Below, piece after piece: positions 1 to 12,286 of a stretch of DNA of 64,000 nt. A model generated the notes under the pieces. That model searched no databases, was not told the DNA's origin, and was given only the letters and a program-made list of their open reading frames with translations. Location of the stretch: contig JAJYET010000003.1 of assembly GCA_021785655.1 (NCBI GenBank), positions 34,937 through 98,936 on the forward strand, in the 5' to 3' direction. The position numbers and the translations under genes are program-made. The stretch is from a bacterium. Lineage in GTDB: Bacteria > Chloroflexota > Dormibacteria > Aeolococcales > Bog-877. Positions within the stretch are counted from its first letter, which is position 1. Each line of letters opens with the position of its first letter.

Positions 1-2005
1 GTGACAGGTTGCAGAGGCAGACCAGATGGCGGCCGGGATCCTCTGCGAAGCGGGCGAAGGCGATGACGTTGGCGTCAGAGTTGCTGCCGTCGATCCAGCG
101 GAATCCCCGGCGATCGAAGTCCAGCTCGTGGAGCGCGGGATGGGCGCGGTAGATGCGGTTCAGGTCGCGGACCAAGCGCTGCACCCCGAGGTGTTCTGCG
201 AGGTCCAGGAGGTGCCAGTCCAAGCTTGAGTCCGAGTTCCACTCCCGGCGCTGGCCGAACTCGCTCCCCATGAACAGGAGCTGCTTGCCAGGGTGGGCCC
301 ACATGTAACCGTAGAGCGCGCGGAGATTGGCGAACTTGCGCCAGTCGTCGCCCGGCATGCGGCTGAGGAGCGAGCCCTTTCCGTGGACCACCTCGTCGTG
401 GGAGAGGGGCAGCAGGAAGTTCTCGCTGAACGCGTACATCAGGCTGAAGGTGAGGGAGTTGTGGTGGTAGCGGCGATGGATGGGGTCCCGGGAGAAGTAA
501 TCGAGGGTGTCGTGCATCCAGCCCAGGTTCCACTTGAGGCCGAAGCCCAACCCTCCCGTGTAGACCGGGCGGCTGACCCCCGGCCAGGCGGTGGACTCCT
601 CGGCAACCATCAGGGCGCCCGGATGCTCCCCGTACACCGCGACGTTGATCTCACGCAGGAACTCCACCGCCTCCAGATTCTCCCGGCCGCCGAACCGGTT
701 GGGGACCCACTCCCCCGGCCGGCGGCTGTAATCGAGATAGAGCATGGAGGCCACCGCATCGACTCGGAGCCCGTCCACATCGAACTCGTCCAGCCAGTAG
801 AGCGCGTTGGTCACGAGAAAGTTGCGCACCTCGCGACGCCCATAGTTGAAGATGGCGGTTCCCCAGTCGGGGTGCACTCCGAGGCGGGGATCCTGGTGCT
901 CGTACAGGGCGGTCCCATCGAAGCGGCTGAGGGCGAATTCGTCCCGGGGGAAGTGGGCTGGGACCCAGTCCAAGATCACGCCAACCCCGGCCTGGTGCAG
1001 CGAGCGGACCATGTCCAGGAAGTCCTGGGGACTGCCGTAGCGGGCGGTGGGAGCGTAGTAGCCGCTGACCTGGTAGCCCCAGGAGCCCCCGTAGGGGTGC
1101 TCCGCCACGGGCATCAGCTCCACATGGGTGAACCCCAGGTCCCGTGCGTAGGCACCGAGCTCCTCACCCAACTCGCGGTAGGTGAGCGGCGACCCGTCTT
1201 CCCTTCGGCGCCAGGAGCCCAGGTGCACCTCGTACACGCTGATGGGGGAGTGCAGCGGCTGGGCCGCGTCGCGGGCCCGGCGCCACTCGGGAGCGGGTGG
1301 AACCAGTGGCGCACTGACCACGCTCGCGGTGCGCGGAGGCAGCTCCATGCGTCTGCCCACCGGATCCGCCTTGTACACCCAGCTCCCGTCAGCGCGCAGG
1401 ATCCAGTACTTGTATAGGGTTCCCGCCCCCACCCCGGGGACGAAAATCTCCCAGATCCCGGACGCGCCCAGGTTGCGCATGGGCAGAATGGGGGAGTCCC
1501 AGCCACAGAAAGGGCCGACCAGGCGCACGCCCAGGGCGTTGGGTGCCCAGACCGAGAAGGCGGTCCCCTCAACCCCCTGATGGGTGCGGAAGTTGGCGCC
1601 GAGATGGCGGTAGAGATAGCGGTCGGTGCCCTCCCCGAGGAGGTGTAGGTCCTGGGGGCCGAGAGTCGGGCCCAGACTGTAGGGGTCCGCCGGAGCTGAC
1701 TTGAACCCTCCGGCCCCCTCCTGCTCGAGCAGGAACGGCGGGCGACCCGAGCGCGCCAGCTGCTCTGCGGCGGCCATCTGCCCCGGGGTCAGGACGGCCA
1801 GGTGAAACTCCGGGTCCGACTCCAGCGGGTGGAAGGAGAAGGTCATCTCGGCCAGCCGGCCCTTCAGGCGGGGTTCCCCCGGACGCCAGACCAATGCCAT
1901 CGCCGCCCCGCCACGGCGATGCAGGCCGAGTATGGAGTGGGGGTCCTGGCTGCGCCCGGAGCGCAGGAGTCCCAACTCCTCGGAGCTGACGAGCGGCTGG
2001 TTCAC
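1..2005 (-). CDS. glgB: 1,4-alpha-glucan branching enzyme GlgB (N-terminal ~670 codons; 3' end runs off the window start)
   Basis: Minus-strand translation from GTG at 2005 gives [29 protein letters not shown]...SVYEVHLGSWRR...YARDLGFTHVELMPVAEHPYGGSWGYQ, matching GH13 branching-enzyme N-terminal and catalytic-region signatures. The frame stays open to position 1, so it is missing from the ORF track (partial, GTG start). The GTG overlaps the mak stop as GTGA. Confidence 0.8.
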   Translation of the reverse strand, partial: MNQPLVSSEELGLLRSGRSQDPHSILGLHRRGGAAMALVWRPGEPRLKGRLAEMTFSFHPLESDPEFHLAVLTPGQMAAAEQLARSGRPPFLLEQEGAGGFKSAPADPYSLGPTLGPQDLHLLGEGTDRYLYRHLGANFRTHQGVEGTAFSVWAPNALGVRLVGPFCGWDSPILPMRNLGASGIWEIFVPGVGAGTLYKYWILRADGSWVYKADPVGRRMELPPRTASVVSAPLVPPAPEWRRARDAAQPLHSPISVYEVHLGSWRRREDGSPLTYRELGEELGAYARDLGFTHVELMPVAEHPYGGSWGYQVSGYYAPTARYGSPQDFLDMVRSLHQAGVGVILDWVPAHFPRDEFALSRFDGTALYEHQDPRLGVHPDWGTAIFNYGRREVRNFLVTNALYWLDEFDVDGLRVDAVASMLYLDYSRRPGEWVPNRFGGRENLEAVEFLREINVAVYGEHPGALMVAEESTAWPGVSRPVYTGGLGFGLKWNLGWMHDTLDYFSRDPIHRRYHHNSLTFSLMYAFSENFLLPLSHDEVVHGKGSLLSRMPGDDWRKFANLRALYGYMWAHPGKQLLFMGSEFGQRREWNSDSSLDWHLLDLAEHLGVQRLVRDLNRIYRAHPALHELDFDRRGFRWIDGSNSDANVIAFARFAEDPGRHLVCLCNLS

Positions 2006-3501
2006 CAGCTCCCCTCAGCGACCAGGCGGACGATCCCCTCCAGGGGAATCTCGATCCAGTCCGGGCGGAAGTTGAGCTCGTAATCCAGCTCATAGAGGCA
2101 CTGATTGAGCTCCAGAGCCCGCAGCAGGAGCTCCCGGTCCTCCCGCGCCGGAGGCAGCAGGGCCAGCATCCCGGGATCACGCCAGTAGGCCAGCCAGAAC
2201 GCCTCCCGCATCACCTCCGCCCAGGCCCTTCCGTATGGGCTGAGCGTTCTGGCGTTGGCCTCGTCCGGGTGAACCTGCTGCCGCAGGGCCAGGGCCGCTG
2301 CGTATTCCAGGGAGCGGAGCATCCCGGCCACGTCTCGCAGTGGAGACGCCGGCTGGCGGCGGAGCTCGGGCGGCTCGGTTGGACGGCCCTCGAAGTCCAG
2401 GAAGTGCCAGCCCTCATCGTTCCGGACCACCTGCCCGAGATGGAGGTCCCCATGAGCGCGGATCTTGCTCCCCGCCCGGTCCAGCCGACCAGCATCCATC
2501 AGCACCCGCCGAGCCTCCGCCGCGCGAACCCGTAGTGGTTCCAAGCGAGGCTCGGGAACCCTGAGCAGGCGCTCCAGCTGCTGGAGACCCCGGTCCCGGA
2601 TCGACAGCAGGTCGGAGCGCTCGATTGCGGCGGCCGCTGGCTCAAGGCCACTGGCCGGAGACGCCAGTGCCAGGTGCAGTGCCGCGGTCAGGTGGCCGAG
2701 CTCACGGGCGGCTGGCAGGAAGGAGCCCCCCTGCTCCAGCACGGCTCTCCGGCAGCGCTCGGGGGGTGGGACCTCGCCGTCAGCCTCCATGAGCAGGTCT
2801 CCCTCCAGATCCCGAAGCGAGGTGAGGGCGAGCACCATCCCCTCGGTGGAGTTGGCCAGGTAGCGCTGGATCAGGCCCAGGGTGGTGCGCTCACTCCCCA
2901 CCTCCAGCTCCAAGGACCCGAGGGCCGGGGCAATGGCGGGGAACCCGACCCGGGTGAGGGCCGAGGTCAGCTCCACCTCTGGACTGGGGGCAGGCCAGGC
3001 TCGGCGGTAGAACTTGACCAGCACCCGCTCGCCCACCACAAGGCTGCTGTTGCTCTGCTCCAGTCCAAGTGGCCGGGCCCCGTCGGCCGAGGTGAGGTAC
3101 TGTTCCGCACCTTCCGGCGTCACCACCAGGTGCGCCTGATTCTCCAATCCGGAGCGCGCAGCCCCGATGAGGGCCCGGGAAAACGCCGGCTCGGAAAGCA
3201 CCTCCCGTACCGACCAGGGCCTGCCCTCGTTGTCGGTTCCCTCCCAGATGACGTCGCCAGACCCTGCTGAGCTGGCGGGGTTGAAGTCCAGGCCCAGGTG
3301 GTAGGCGGCCACGGATCCAGACTCCAGACCGACCTCGGTCAAGACCAGGGCCTGGGGGTGGGGGAGAGGGGAGACCCAGAGGATCGCCCGCGGACGCACA
3401 AAAGTCAGGCCCTCCGCCTTGTGTCCGAACCAGCGCTGCCCGGGAAGCCAGTTGGCGATCTCGACGAACAGCTGCGGCAGGTGGTCCAGGTCCAGGGTCA
3501 A
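2002..3501 (-). CDS. mak: Maltokinase (maltose 1-phosphate forming), Mak/Pep2
   Basis: ORF 2002..3678 contains [26 protein letters not shown] near its true N-terminus (compare mycobacterial Mak WLSRQRWY). The start was moved to TTG at 3501, which overlaps the treS stop (TTGA). It lies between treS and glgB, as in GlgE-pathway operons. Confidence 0.7.
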   Translation of the reverse strand: MTLDLDHLPQLFVEIANWLPGQRWFGHKAEGLTFVRPRAILWVSPLPHPQALVLTEVGLESGSVAAYHLGLDFNPASSAGSGDVIWEGTDNEGRPWSVREVLSEPAFSRALIGAARSGLENQAHLVVTPEGAEQYLTSADGARPLGLEQSNSSLVVGERVLVKFYRRAWPAPSPEVELTSALTRVGFPAIAPALGSLELEVGSERTTLGLIQRYLANSTEGMVLALTSLRDLEGDLLMEADGEVPPPERCRRAVLEQGGSFLPAARELGHLTAALHLALASPASGLEPAAAAIERSDLLSIRDRGLQQLERLLRVPEPRLEPLRVRAAEARRVLMDAGRLDRAGSKIRAHGDLHLGQVVRNDEGWHFLDFEGRPTEPPELRRQPASPLRDVAGMLRSLEYAAALALRQQVHPDEANARTLSPYGRAWAEVMREAFWLAYWRDPGMLALLPPAREDRELLLRALELNQCLYELDYELNFRPDWIEIPLEGIVRLVAEGSW

Positions 3502-5141
3502 GACCCTCGCTCGAGCCGCAGCCAGTAGAAGCCATGGGGTCCGAGCGTCAGGGGGTAGGGCGCCTTGCCGACCTTGGGGAAGGGGACCCGGCCCACTAGC
3601 TCCACCGGGGAGCGGCCGGCGTACCCAGGCAGCGCGAGGCCCGCGGGCTGGGCGAAGCGGGAGAGGTTGTTCACGCACAGCACCTCCTCATCAGCAGAGG
3701 ATCGCACGAAGGCGAAAACCGAGGGGTTGTTGACTTCCACGACCCTGAAGTCCCCGCGTCCGAAGACCGGGTGGGCCTGGCGTACTCGCACGAACCTCCG
3801 CACCCACTGTAACAGCGAGCTCTCACTGCGCTGCTGCTGTTCCACATTGCACGCCTGATAGCCGTACACCGGGTCCATTAGCGGGGGCAGGTACAGCTGG
3901 GCGAAGTCGGCCCGGGAAAAGCCACCGCAGCGGTCGGCGTTCCACTGCATCGGGGTGCGAACCCCGTCCCGGTCCCGCACGTAGACGTTGTCGCCCATTC
4001 CGATCTCATCCCCGTAATAGAGGATCGGGGTCCCGGGCAGGGAGAGGAGCAGGGCAATGAAGAGCTCCATCTGGCGACGGCCGTTGCCGAGGAGCGGAGC
4101 CAGGCGCCGACGGATGCCCAGGTTGAGCTTCATCCGGGGGTCGGCGGCGAATTCGGAGTACATGTAATCGCGCTCGGTGTCGGTCACCATCTCCAGGGTC
4201 AGCTCGTCGTGATTGCGCAGGAACAGGCCCCACTGGCAGCCTTCGGGAATCGGGGGCGTGTCAGCCAGGATCTCGGTGATCGGGTAGCGCTGCTCCTGGC
4301 GAAGGGCCATGAACATCCTCGGCATGAGGGGGAAGTGGAAGCACATCTGGCATTCGTCCCCGTCGCCGAAGTAGGCGCGGACGTCCCGAGGCCACTGGTT
4401 GGCCTCCGCCAGGAGCACCCGGTCGGGGAACTCCGCCTCCACGACCGCCCGGACCCGCCTCAGGTAGGCGTGGGTCTCCGGCAGGTTCTCGCAGTTGGTG
4501 TCCTCGCGCTCGAAGAGGTATGGGACCGCGTCCAGCCGCAGCCCGTCCAACCCCATCCCCAGCCAAAAGCGGATGACATCCAGCATGGCGTCCTGGACCT
4601 CGGGGTTGTCGTAGTTGAGGTCGGGCTGGTGGCGGAAGAAGCGGTGCCAGTAGTAGGCGCCGGCCATCTCGTCCCAGGTCCAGTTGGAGGTCTCGGTGTC
4701 CACGAAGATGACCCGGGCCTGGCGGTAGCGGGAGTTGGTATCGCTGAAGACGTACCAATCACGCTTCGGCGAGGTCGGGCCGCTCCGCGCCTCCTGGAAC
4801 CATGGATGCAGGTCCGAGGTGTGGTTCATCACCAGATCCGAGATGACTCGGATTCCCCTCGCATGGGCTGCCTCGATCAGCTCCCGGAAGTCGTCAACGG
4901 TGCCGTAGTCGGGGTGGATGGCGTAGAAGTCGGAGATGTCGTAGCCACCGTCCCGGAGGGGAGAGGCGTAGACCGGGAGCAGCCAGATGCAGTCCACACC
5001 CAGCCAGCTGAGGTAGTCGAGCTTGGAGGTGAGGCCGGGCAGGTCCCCGATGCCATCGGCGTTGCTGTCGTAGAAGCCGCGCACCAGCACCTCGTACATC
5101 ACCGCGTCCTGGTACCAGCGGGACGGCTCACGTGCGCTCAC
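3498..5141 (-). CDS. treS: Trehalose synthase / maltose alpha-D-glucosyltransferase TreS
   Basis: [29 protein letters not shown]...[16 protein letters not shown] is the TreS GH13 signature. The start was moved to GTG at 5141 (GTGA overlap with the glgE stop). The 88 upstream codons in the ORF track overlap glgE and are Arg/Pro/Gly-rich. Confidence 0.85.
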   Translation of the reverse strand: MSAREPSRWYQDAVMYEVLVRGFYDSNADGIGDLPGLTSKLDYLSWLGVDCIWLLPVYASPLRDGGYDISDFYAIHPDYGTVDDFRELIEAAHARGIRVISDLVMNHTSDLHPWFQEARSGPTSPKRDWYVFSDTNSRYRQARVIFVDTETSNWTWDEMAGAYYWHRFFRHQPDLNYDNPEVQDAMLDVIRFWLGMGLDGLRLDAVPYLFEREDTNCENLPETHAYLRRVRAVVEAEFPDRVLLAEANQWPRDVRAYFGDGDECQMCFHFPLMPRMFMALRQEQRYPITEILADTPPIPEGCQWGLFLRNHDELTLEMVTDTERDYMYSEFAADPRMKLNLGIRRRLAPLLGNGRRQMELFIALLLSLPGTPILYYGDEIGMGDNVYVRDRDGVRTPMQWNADRCGGFSRADFAQLYLPPLMDPVYGYQACNVEQQQRSESSLLQWVRRFVRVRQAHPVFGRGDFRVVEVNNPSVFAFVRSSADEEVLCVNNLSRFAQPAGLALPGYAGRSPVELVGRVPFPKVGKAPYPLTLGPHGFYWLRLERGS

Positions 5142-7108
5142 GGCACCACCGCGAAGAGATGACCGGGGCCCCGGGCCGGGTCCAGGCGCACGAAGTTGTG
5201 CGGTCCCTGCCAGCGGTACTCGGTCCCGTCCAGCAGGTCCCGGACCGCAAAGCTGGAGTCGGGGCTGAGGCCCAACTGGGCCAGGTCGAGGTGAACCATC
5301 GACTCGTGGGCCCGCCAAGGATCGAGATTCACGACCACGAGGACCCGGTCCTCGAGGCCCGGTGTGGTCTTCGAGTAGCACAGGAGGTCGGGGTGGTCGA
5401 CCCAATGGAAGAAGAGGCGTCGGAACTGCTGCAGGGCCGGGTGGGCCCGCCGGGCGGCGTTGACGGTGGCGATGAGCCCCTCCAGGGCCGGGTCGCCGTG
5501 GTCGGGTCGGGGACGGTACTGGTACTTCTCCGAGTCCAGGTACTCCTCACTCCCGGGCCGCAGCGCCTTTCTCTCCAGATACTCGAAGCCGCTGTAAATC
5601 CCATAGCTCGAGGATAGGGTGGAGGCGAGGAGGAGCCGGGAGCGGAAGGCACCCTCGCCGCCCTCCTGCAGCTGCGCGGTGAGAATGTCCGGCGTGTTGA
5701 CGAAGAAGTTCGGCCGCAGGAAGTCGGCGGTCTCATCCGCCAGCTCGCGCGCGTAGGCCACCAGGTCGTCCTTGGTCTGCCTCCAGGTGAAGTAGGTGTA
5801 GGACTGGGAGAAGCCGAGCTTGGCCAGCTCGCGCATCATGGCCGGGGCGGTGAACGCCTCCGCCAGCAGGATGACGTCCGGGTGCTCGAGCCGGAGCCGA
5901 CCCACGAGGTACTCCCAGAAGGGCACCGGCTTGGTGTGTGGGTTGTCCACGCGGAAGACCCGCACCCCCTGGCCGGCCCAGTGATCGAGGATCCCATAGC
6001 AGGCCTCCCAGAGGCCCCGCCAGTCCTGACAGTTGAAGTCCAGGGGGTAGATGTCGTCGTACCGCTTGGGGGGATTCTCCGCCGGCCGGATGGAGCCATC
6101 CGGGCGTCGGTGGAACCAGTCCGGGTGCTCCTTCACCCAGGGGTGGTCCCGTGAGCACTGGAGGGCGTAGTCCAGGGCCACCTCCATGCCCACCTCGTCG
6201 GCGCGCGCCACGAGCCGGCGGAAGTCCTCCATGGTTCCCAGCTCGGGGTCCACCTCCGTGTGGCCCCCGAGCTCGGAGCCGATGGCCCAGGGACTGCCCG
6301 GATCCCCGGGGAGGGCAAGCGGCGAGTTGTTCCGCCCTCGCCTGCCAGTAACCCCCACGGGGTGGATCGGGGCCAGGTAGAGGATGTCGAACCCCAGGGC
6401 CGCCAGGTGCGGGAGCCGGTCAGCGGTCGCGGAGAGAGAGCCGGGGTGGACTCCGTCAGATCCCTGGGAGCGCGAGAACAGCTCGTACCAGCTGCCGAAG
6501 AGAGCCCTGGGCCGCTCCACCCACAGAGGCCGCGCGGGCGAGGTCGCGAGCGGTCGCCAGAGCAGGGTCGCCAGCAGACCCTGAAGCTTCTCATCGAGAA
6601 GAAAGGCCAGCTCACGTTCGATGCCGGCCCCCGCGAGTTCCGTCGCAGCCCGATCGAGGGAGCGCGCCGCCTCGCCGGGCATCCGGCGGAGCGCCTGATG
6701 CACCAAAGCCCAGCCCTCCTCCATCTCGGGCGCTGGGTCAACACCGGTGTCGAGGCGGCGCGCCACGTCGTCGCACCAGGTTCCAAATCGGTCCTCCCAG
6801 GCCTCCAGCCGGAAGTGGCAGGAGCCGACGCGGTCCGGCACCAGATGGCCCTCCCACCAGTCGTCCACGGCGGGAGCGAGGGGGAAGGTCATTGCGGCTG
6901 GCCAGCCGTCTGCCTGTCCGGCGGGGAGGAGGCGCCCGCGGGCGCGGAGGCGCGCCCTGCCGTCCGCGAAGATACGGGCGCGCACCGGCACCGCCTCGCC
7001 GACCACTGCTTTGGCGGGTCGGCGCCCACAGTCCACGCTGGGCCGAATCTCGCCAATCACCACCCGGGGCGGAGGGGCAGAGCGCCGCGGCGCTGGGGTG
7101 GGGGCCAC
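5138..7108 (-). CDS. glgE: Alpha-1,4-glucan:maltose-1-phosphate maltosyltransferase GlgE
   Basis: N-terminal [24 protein letters not shown] matches the GlgE N-domain (mycobacterial [14 protein letters not shown]), followed by a GH13-like body. The start was moved to in-frame GTG at 7108, 33 aa before AKAVVGE. The upstream 66 codons overlap the PIG-L gene and look like GC-frame extension. Confidence 0.85.
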   Translation of the reverse strand: MAPTPAPRRSAPPPRVVIGEIRPSVDCGRRPAKAVVGEAVPVRARIFADGRARLRARGRLLPAGQADGWPAAMTFPLAPAVDDWWEGHLVPDRVGSCHFRLEAWEDRFGTWCDDVARRLDTGVDPAPEMEEGWALVHQALRRMPGEAARSLDRAATELAGAGIERELAFLLDEKLQGLLATLLWRPLATSPARPLWVERPRALFGSWYELFSRSQGSDGVHPGSLSATADRLPHLAALGFDILYLAPIHPVGVTGRRGRNNSPLALPGDPGSPWAIGSELGGHTEVDPELGTMEDFRRLVARADEVGMEVALDYALQCSRDHPWVKEHPDWFHRRPDGSIRPAENPPKRYDDIYPLDFNCQDWRGLWEACYGILDHWAGQGVRVFRVDNPHTKPVPFWEYLVGRLRLEHPDVILLAEAFTAPAMMRELAKLGFSQSYTYFTWRQTKDDLVAYARELADETADFLRPNFFVNTPDILTAQLQEGGEGAFRSRLLLASTLSSSYGIYSGFEYLERKALRPGSEEYLDSEKYQYRPRPDHGDPALEGLIATVNAARRAHPALQQFRRLFFHWVDHPDLLCYSKTTPGLEDRVLVVVNLDPWRAHESMVHLDLAQLGLSPDSSFAVRDLLDGTEYRWQGPHNFVRLDPARGPGHLFAVVP

Positions 7109-7172
7109 GAGGCAAGCTTGCCAAACCCGACCCCCCTCGCGCCCGCTGGCGCGCGCCGCACGCGTCTGGCCG

Positions 7173-8570
<1,398 letters not shown>

Positions 8571-8622
8571 CGATCCCTGCCCGTTCGGGTACCAGCCTGG
8601 AGTGGGGGAGGGGGCTCGGCGG

Positions 8623-9258
8623 TCAGCCGGTGAAGCCCCCCCCGGTGAGGTAGTGCGCCCAACCCAAGCTCGCAGGGAGGAAGGCGAGCCCCAGCACCAC
8701 GCCCACGGCCAGTCCCGCCGCTAACGTGGCTCGGCGACCTGCCACACCCCGCAGCCACGCGGACCCGGGACGCCAGTCGGCCAGGCCCGGCCCGGGTAGG
8801 TCGATGAGGTGGATGAGAACGTGGATGGTCATGGCTCCGAACCAGAGCACGAAGACCACCTTGTGCAGGGTCAGGAGGGAGCTTGGGCCGGCGGGGATCA
8901 GGATCAGACCGACTCCGGTTGCCAGCAGGCCCACGGTCAGGGCGGCCACCACCGGGCCGAGGAGCCTGGGAATGATCGCCGGTGGTCCGCGGCGGACGTA
9001 AGACCGGGAACCGAGGTAGTAGCGGGCGATGCGGTACCCGGTGCTGGCCAGCTTGACGACTGTGAGCGGCACGAGCACCACCCCCAGGAAGATGTGGACC
9101 ACCACCGACTGCCGCATCACCAGAAGGGTCACGCCCTCGATGGCGAGTACCACCAGCAGAACAACGGCCAGCCCGGCGGTGAGCCGCTCATTGCCTCGCG
9201 GCCCCTCATCCAGGAGGTTGGTGGGAAGTGAACTGGAGACTTTGTAGGGTCGGCTCAA
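8623..9258 (-). CDS. Hypothetical polytopic membrane protein (4-5 TM)
   Basis: The 211-aa ORF has several hydrophobic helices (LAVVLLVVLAIEGVTLLV, VVLVPLTVVKL, VVAALTVGLLATGVGLILI, VVFVLWFGAMTIHVLIHLI) and high GC3. I did not recognise a family. Confidence 0.5.
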   Translation of the reverse strand: MSRPYKVSSSLPTNLLDEGPRGNERLTAGLAVVLLVVLAIEGVTLLVMRQSVVVHIFLGVVLVPLTVVKLASTGYRIARYYLGSRSYVRRGPPAIIPRLLGPVVAALTVGLLATGVGLILIPAGPSSLLTLHKVVFVLWFGAMTIHVLIHLIDLPGPGLADWRPGSAWLRGVAGRRATLAAGLAVGVVLGLAFLPASLGWAHYLTGGGFTG

Positions 9259-9502
9259 GGTTCAGATGAAAGGGCCCGGGGCCAGGCTGGCTCGGTCTGC
9301 CCGAGTGTAGCGAACTTCGCCCCGGGGCTCCCGGCGGCCAGGCGCGCTTGGCCCCGATGGGAGCTGGTGCCAGCCGACCTCGGCCGGGTCTCCACCCGGT
9401 CCCGGGGCCCACAACGCTTAAAATCCGTCTCTCCCCGGGATCCGGTCCGATCAGTGAGAAGCGGAGTGGGACCTCGCCTCACCCCACCTGCGAGGGGCGC
9501 CA

Positions 9503-10741
9503 GTGCGATTCATCTCCGCCTTTCGGCTGGCGGCCCCTTTGCGGTCGAGGGACTACCGACTGCTCTGGAGCGCCAACCTGATCTCCCAGCTCGGTGACGG
9601 AGTCACGACGGTGGCCTTGGCGCTGGAGGCCCTGAGGCTGGATCCAGCTCCATCCGGTCTCGCCGCGGTGCTGGCGGCGCGCACCATCCCCGCGGTCGCC
9701 CTGGCTCTGCTTGGCGGGGTGGTGGCGGATCGCCTGCCGCGCCGGACCAGCCTTCTGGCGGCCGACGTGGTCAGGGGTCTCGCGGTGGGCCTGGTGGCAG
9801 GACTGGTGCTCTTGGCGGCCATCAACGTCTGGGGCCTAGCCGCCATGGCGGTGGTGTTCGGAATAGCGGACGCCTTCGGCGGGCCCGCCCAGACGGCGAT
9901 CCTGCCGGAGGTGGTGTCGGCTGACTCCCTGACGGCGGCCAACGCCCTTAACAGCACGACCTCCCAGCTCTCGGTGAACCTTGTCGGCCCGGCCCTGGGT
10001 GGCGTGGCGGCGGCGGCCGTCGGAGTCGCCGGCTCGTTCGCCTTCGATGCCGCCACCTTCGTCGTCTCGGCTGGGCTGACCGCCGCGGTCCAGACTCGGC
10101 AACGACCGCATGGTGAGCGCACCACCGTGGTCCGGGAGGCGCTCCAGGGCCTGCGCTACATCGCGTCGAGGCGCTGGCTCTTCATCCTGTTGGTGGGGGC
10201 CGCGCTGGCCAACCTGACCGGCCTCGGGCCGTACACGGTCCTGCTTCCGACCCTGGTCCGGCACGTGCTGCGGGCTGGCCCGGTGGCCCTCGGCCTCGTG
10301 TACGGGGCTGGAGGTGCGGCGGGGGTGGTGGCTTCCCTGCTGGCTGCAAGGCTCGGGGAGCCCAAACACCTGTTGGAGACGATGTGGGCCGCGTACGGTC
10401 TCTCCGGCCTCATGGTGGTGGCCCTCTCCCAGGCCCCGGACCCGTTTGCTGCTGGAGCCCTTTCCGCGGCCGCTGCCGGCCTCGTGGTGTACGGCGATGT
10501 GCTCTACTTCACCCGCCTGCAGCGCTCGGTACCCGCCGCACTCTTGGGTCGGGTATCTTCCGCTTCCTTCGTCATGGTGATGACCCTGACGCCGGTGGGC
10601 ATGGTCCTCGGGGGGGTGCTGGGAGGCGCCATCGGGGTACGAGCGACGCTGGCACTGAGCGGAGTCCTCTCAGCGCTGTGCGCACTGGCACTCCTGATCC
10701 CCGGAGCCCGCGACGTCGAGGCGCTGCCTTCATCGGGCTAG
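9503..10741 (+). CDS. MFS transporter (EntS/YbdA-like efflux family)
   Basis: The 412-aa ORF has 12 predicted TM segments. N-terminal RLLWSANLISQLGDGVTTVALAL is typical of the MFS_3 / enterobactin-exporter-like family. GTG start. Confidence 0.8.
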   Translation: MRFISAFRLAAPLRSRDYRLLWSANLISQLGDGVTTVALALEALRLDPAPSGLAAVLAARTIPAVALALLGGVVADRLPRRTSLLAADVVRGLAVGLVAGLVLLAAINVWGLAAMAVVFGIADAFGGPAQTAILPEVVSADSLTAANALNSTTSQLSVNLVGPALGGVAAAAVGVAGSFAFDAATFVVSAGLTAAVQTRQRPHGERTTVVREALQGLRYIASRRWLFILLVGAALANLTGLGPYTVLLPTLVRHVLRAGPVALGLVYGAGGAAGVVASLLAARLGEPKHLLETMWAAYGLSGLMVVALSQAPDPFAAGALSAAAAGLVVYGDVLYFTRLQRSVPAALLGRVSSASFVMVMTLTPVGMVLGGVLGGAIGVRATLALSGVLSALCALALLIPGARDVEALPSSG

Positions 10742-10950
10742 AGTCAGCGGAACCCTCCTCGGTGTTCCCCGAGCCCGGGCCCGGGGGAGGCGGGGGCCAG
10801 GGCTTGTGCCCGTGGCCGTGAGGTCCTGATAAGAGACCTTATCGTGTGCTGCGAGGACTCCCACCCCAAAGGCGCCTCAACCACTCGCCCGGGGCGGAAA
10901 GCCGGTCCGCCGCTTGCCAAAGCCAGGCCGCCCGCCTACGATCCCTGCAG

Positions 10951-11274
10951 ATGGTCGCCGCGGTCACGGTCCTGCTCGCGGCGGTGGTGATCGGAGCTCT
11001 GTACGCTGTGCTCGCCCGTGCCGATGGTCCGGGACCCAGCCGAACCCCCGGCCGCGTCGCCTACTCCGTGACCATAGGCGTGATCGGGATTCTGGCTGGC
11101 GTAGGCATGATCCTGAGCGGCCTCTGGCTCTTGCTCGTGGCGATTGCCGGCCCGGGTGTCCTCTTCAACGCCGCATCGCCCGCCCAGGCAGTCGTGGGGG
11201 TGCTGGGCCTGGTGGTGATCGTGTCCGGGGTGCTGATTTTCCGGTTGGCTCGCCGGCGCCTCCTCCAGAAGTAG
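10951..11274 (+). CDS. Small hypothetical membrane protein (3 TM)
   Basis: ATG at 10951 (MVAAVTVLLAAVVIGALYAVLA...) is followed by three hydrophobic helices. The 35 upstream codons in the ORF track are Arg-rich and probably non-coding. Confidence 0.4.
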   Translation: MVAAVTVLLAAVVIGALYAVLARADGPGPSRTPGRVAYSVTIGVIGILAGVGMILSGLWLLLVAIAGPGVLFNAASPAQAVVGVLGLVVIVSGVLIFRLARRRLLQK

Positions 11275-11309
11275 CCAATCCGCGGGCGCCACGGGCTCCC
11301 CGACGGCCC

Positions 11310-12221
11310 TCATCCCGTCGGGGATTCCGTCCAGTGCTCGGTGAGGTACATCCAGAAGGCAAGCCCCCGATACCGGCCGAAGGCTTCGAAGCGAGCTTCG
11401 ACCGCCCGGACGTCGGGAGCCGCGCCACTGCGCTTGGCCCACGTGGGTAGCGTCCAGGAGTCCAGGACCAGTCGGTGGTAGCGGCCGAGGGCGGTCAGCA
11501 TCAGGTGGCTCGCGGCGTACGGCCCCACCCCGGGCAGGGCGAGCAGGCGATGCTCCACCTCCTCGTCAGGCAGCCCCGGATCCCGGAGTTCCTCCAGCGC
11601 GACCCGGCCGCTGGCGACCATCTGGGCGCACTCCTGCAGGTACCTGGCGCGATAGCCCGCCCTCACGGTCTCGCGATAGATGGAGCCCGGGGCCTGGGCC
11701 ATCTGCTCAGCCGTCGTGGGAAAGGTGCGCCTCCCACCCGCCCCGGCGGCCCCGAGGTTCTGCACCAGCGCCTCCACCATCCGCTCGGTGGCTCCCCAGG
11801 AGCAGTTGGTGGTGCAGAGGGTCTTGATGAGCTCCTCGAACACCGTGGGCGCGGCCAGCATCCTCCCCGCGCCCGCGGCGACCCACCCCAGCTCCGGGTC
11901 GGCAGCTGCGAGCTCGTAGAAGGGCGAGAGGTCATCCTTGAGGCGCAGCATCCTGGTGGCTTGCTCCAGCCACCACTCCGCCTCACGGGCCGGCGGCCGA
12001 GGGCCGTCGCACGTAACGGTCGCGCTGTCGGCCCCCGAACGCCTCACCGTCAGCTGGCGAACCCCACCGTCCGGCCCGGCAAGCAAAGTTGTCAGAATCC
12101 CCGGGCGGACGATGTTGGGGGGCAGGGAGGCCACGCCATGGGAGAGGAAGACCCGGTCCAGGATCACCGGCTCCCCTCCCCCGCCACGCAGCTGCAGCAC
12201 ACCGCACGTATGTTCTGCCAT
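11310..12221 (-). CDS. DNA-3-methyladenine glycosylase II (AlkA) family, HhH-GPD
   Basis: LLALPGVGPYAASHLMLTALG...VLDSW is the HhH-GPD motif with the catalytic Asp. The start was set to ATG at 12221 (MAEHTCGVLQL). The upstream 153 codons of the ORF track are R/G/P-rich antisense-like extension. Confidence 0.7.
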   Translation of the reverse strand: MAEHTCGVLQLRGGGGEPVILDRVFLSHGVASLPPNIVRPGILTTLLAGPDGGVRQLTVRRSGADSATVTCDGPRPPAREAEWWLEQATRMLRLKDDLSPFYELAAADPELGWVAAGAGRMLAAPTVFEELIKTLCTTNCSWGATERMVEALVQNLGAAGAGGRRTFPTTAEQMAQAPGSIYRETVRAGYRARYLQECAQMVASGRVALEELRDPGLPDEEVEHRLLALPGVGPYAASHLMLTALGRYHRLVLDSWTLPTWAKRSGAAPDVRAVEARFEAFGRYRGLAFWMYLTEHWTESPTG

Positions 12222-12286
12222 CTTCTGATCATACCTCCGGTCACTGCCTCTGCTGGGGTCGCTGCCCCGGCTCACGGCGGCGCCCG

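Noticed and set aside
293-1417. 374-aa plus-strand ORF across the glgB region
   Set aside because: It is antisense to a clearly homologous GlgB reading frame. Its composition is Arg/Gly/Pro/His-rich, and such long antisense ORFs are typical in 70% GC DNA.
9259-9502. Imperfect GC palindrome GCCCGGGGCC...GCCCCGGGGC in the divergent region upstream of the MFS transporter, considered as an operator or terminator
   Set aside because: The arms are mismatched by an indel, and GC-only palindromes of this size arise frequently by chance at 70% GC. I did not call it a feature.
10914-11450. 178-aa plus-strand ORF spanning the small membrane gene and the AlkA-like 3' end
   Set aside because: It is Arg/Pro/Gly-rich and overlaps two better-supported genes in other frames.
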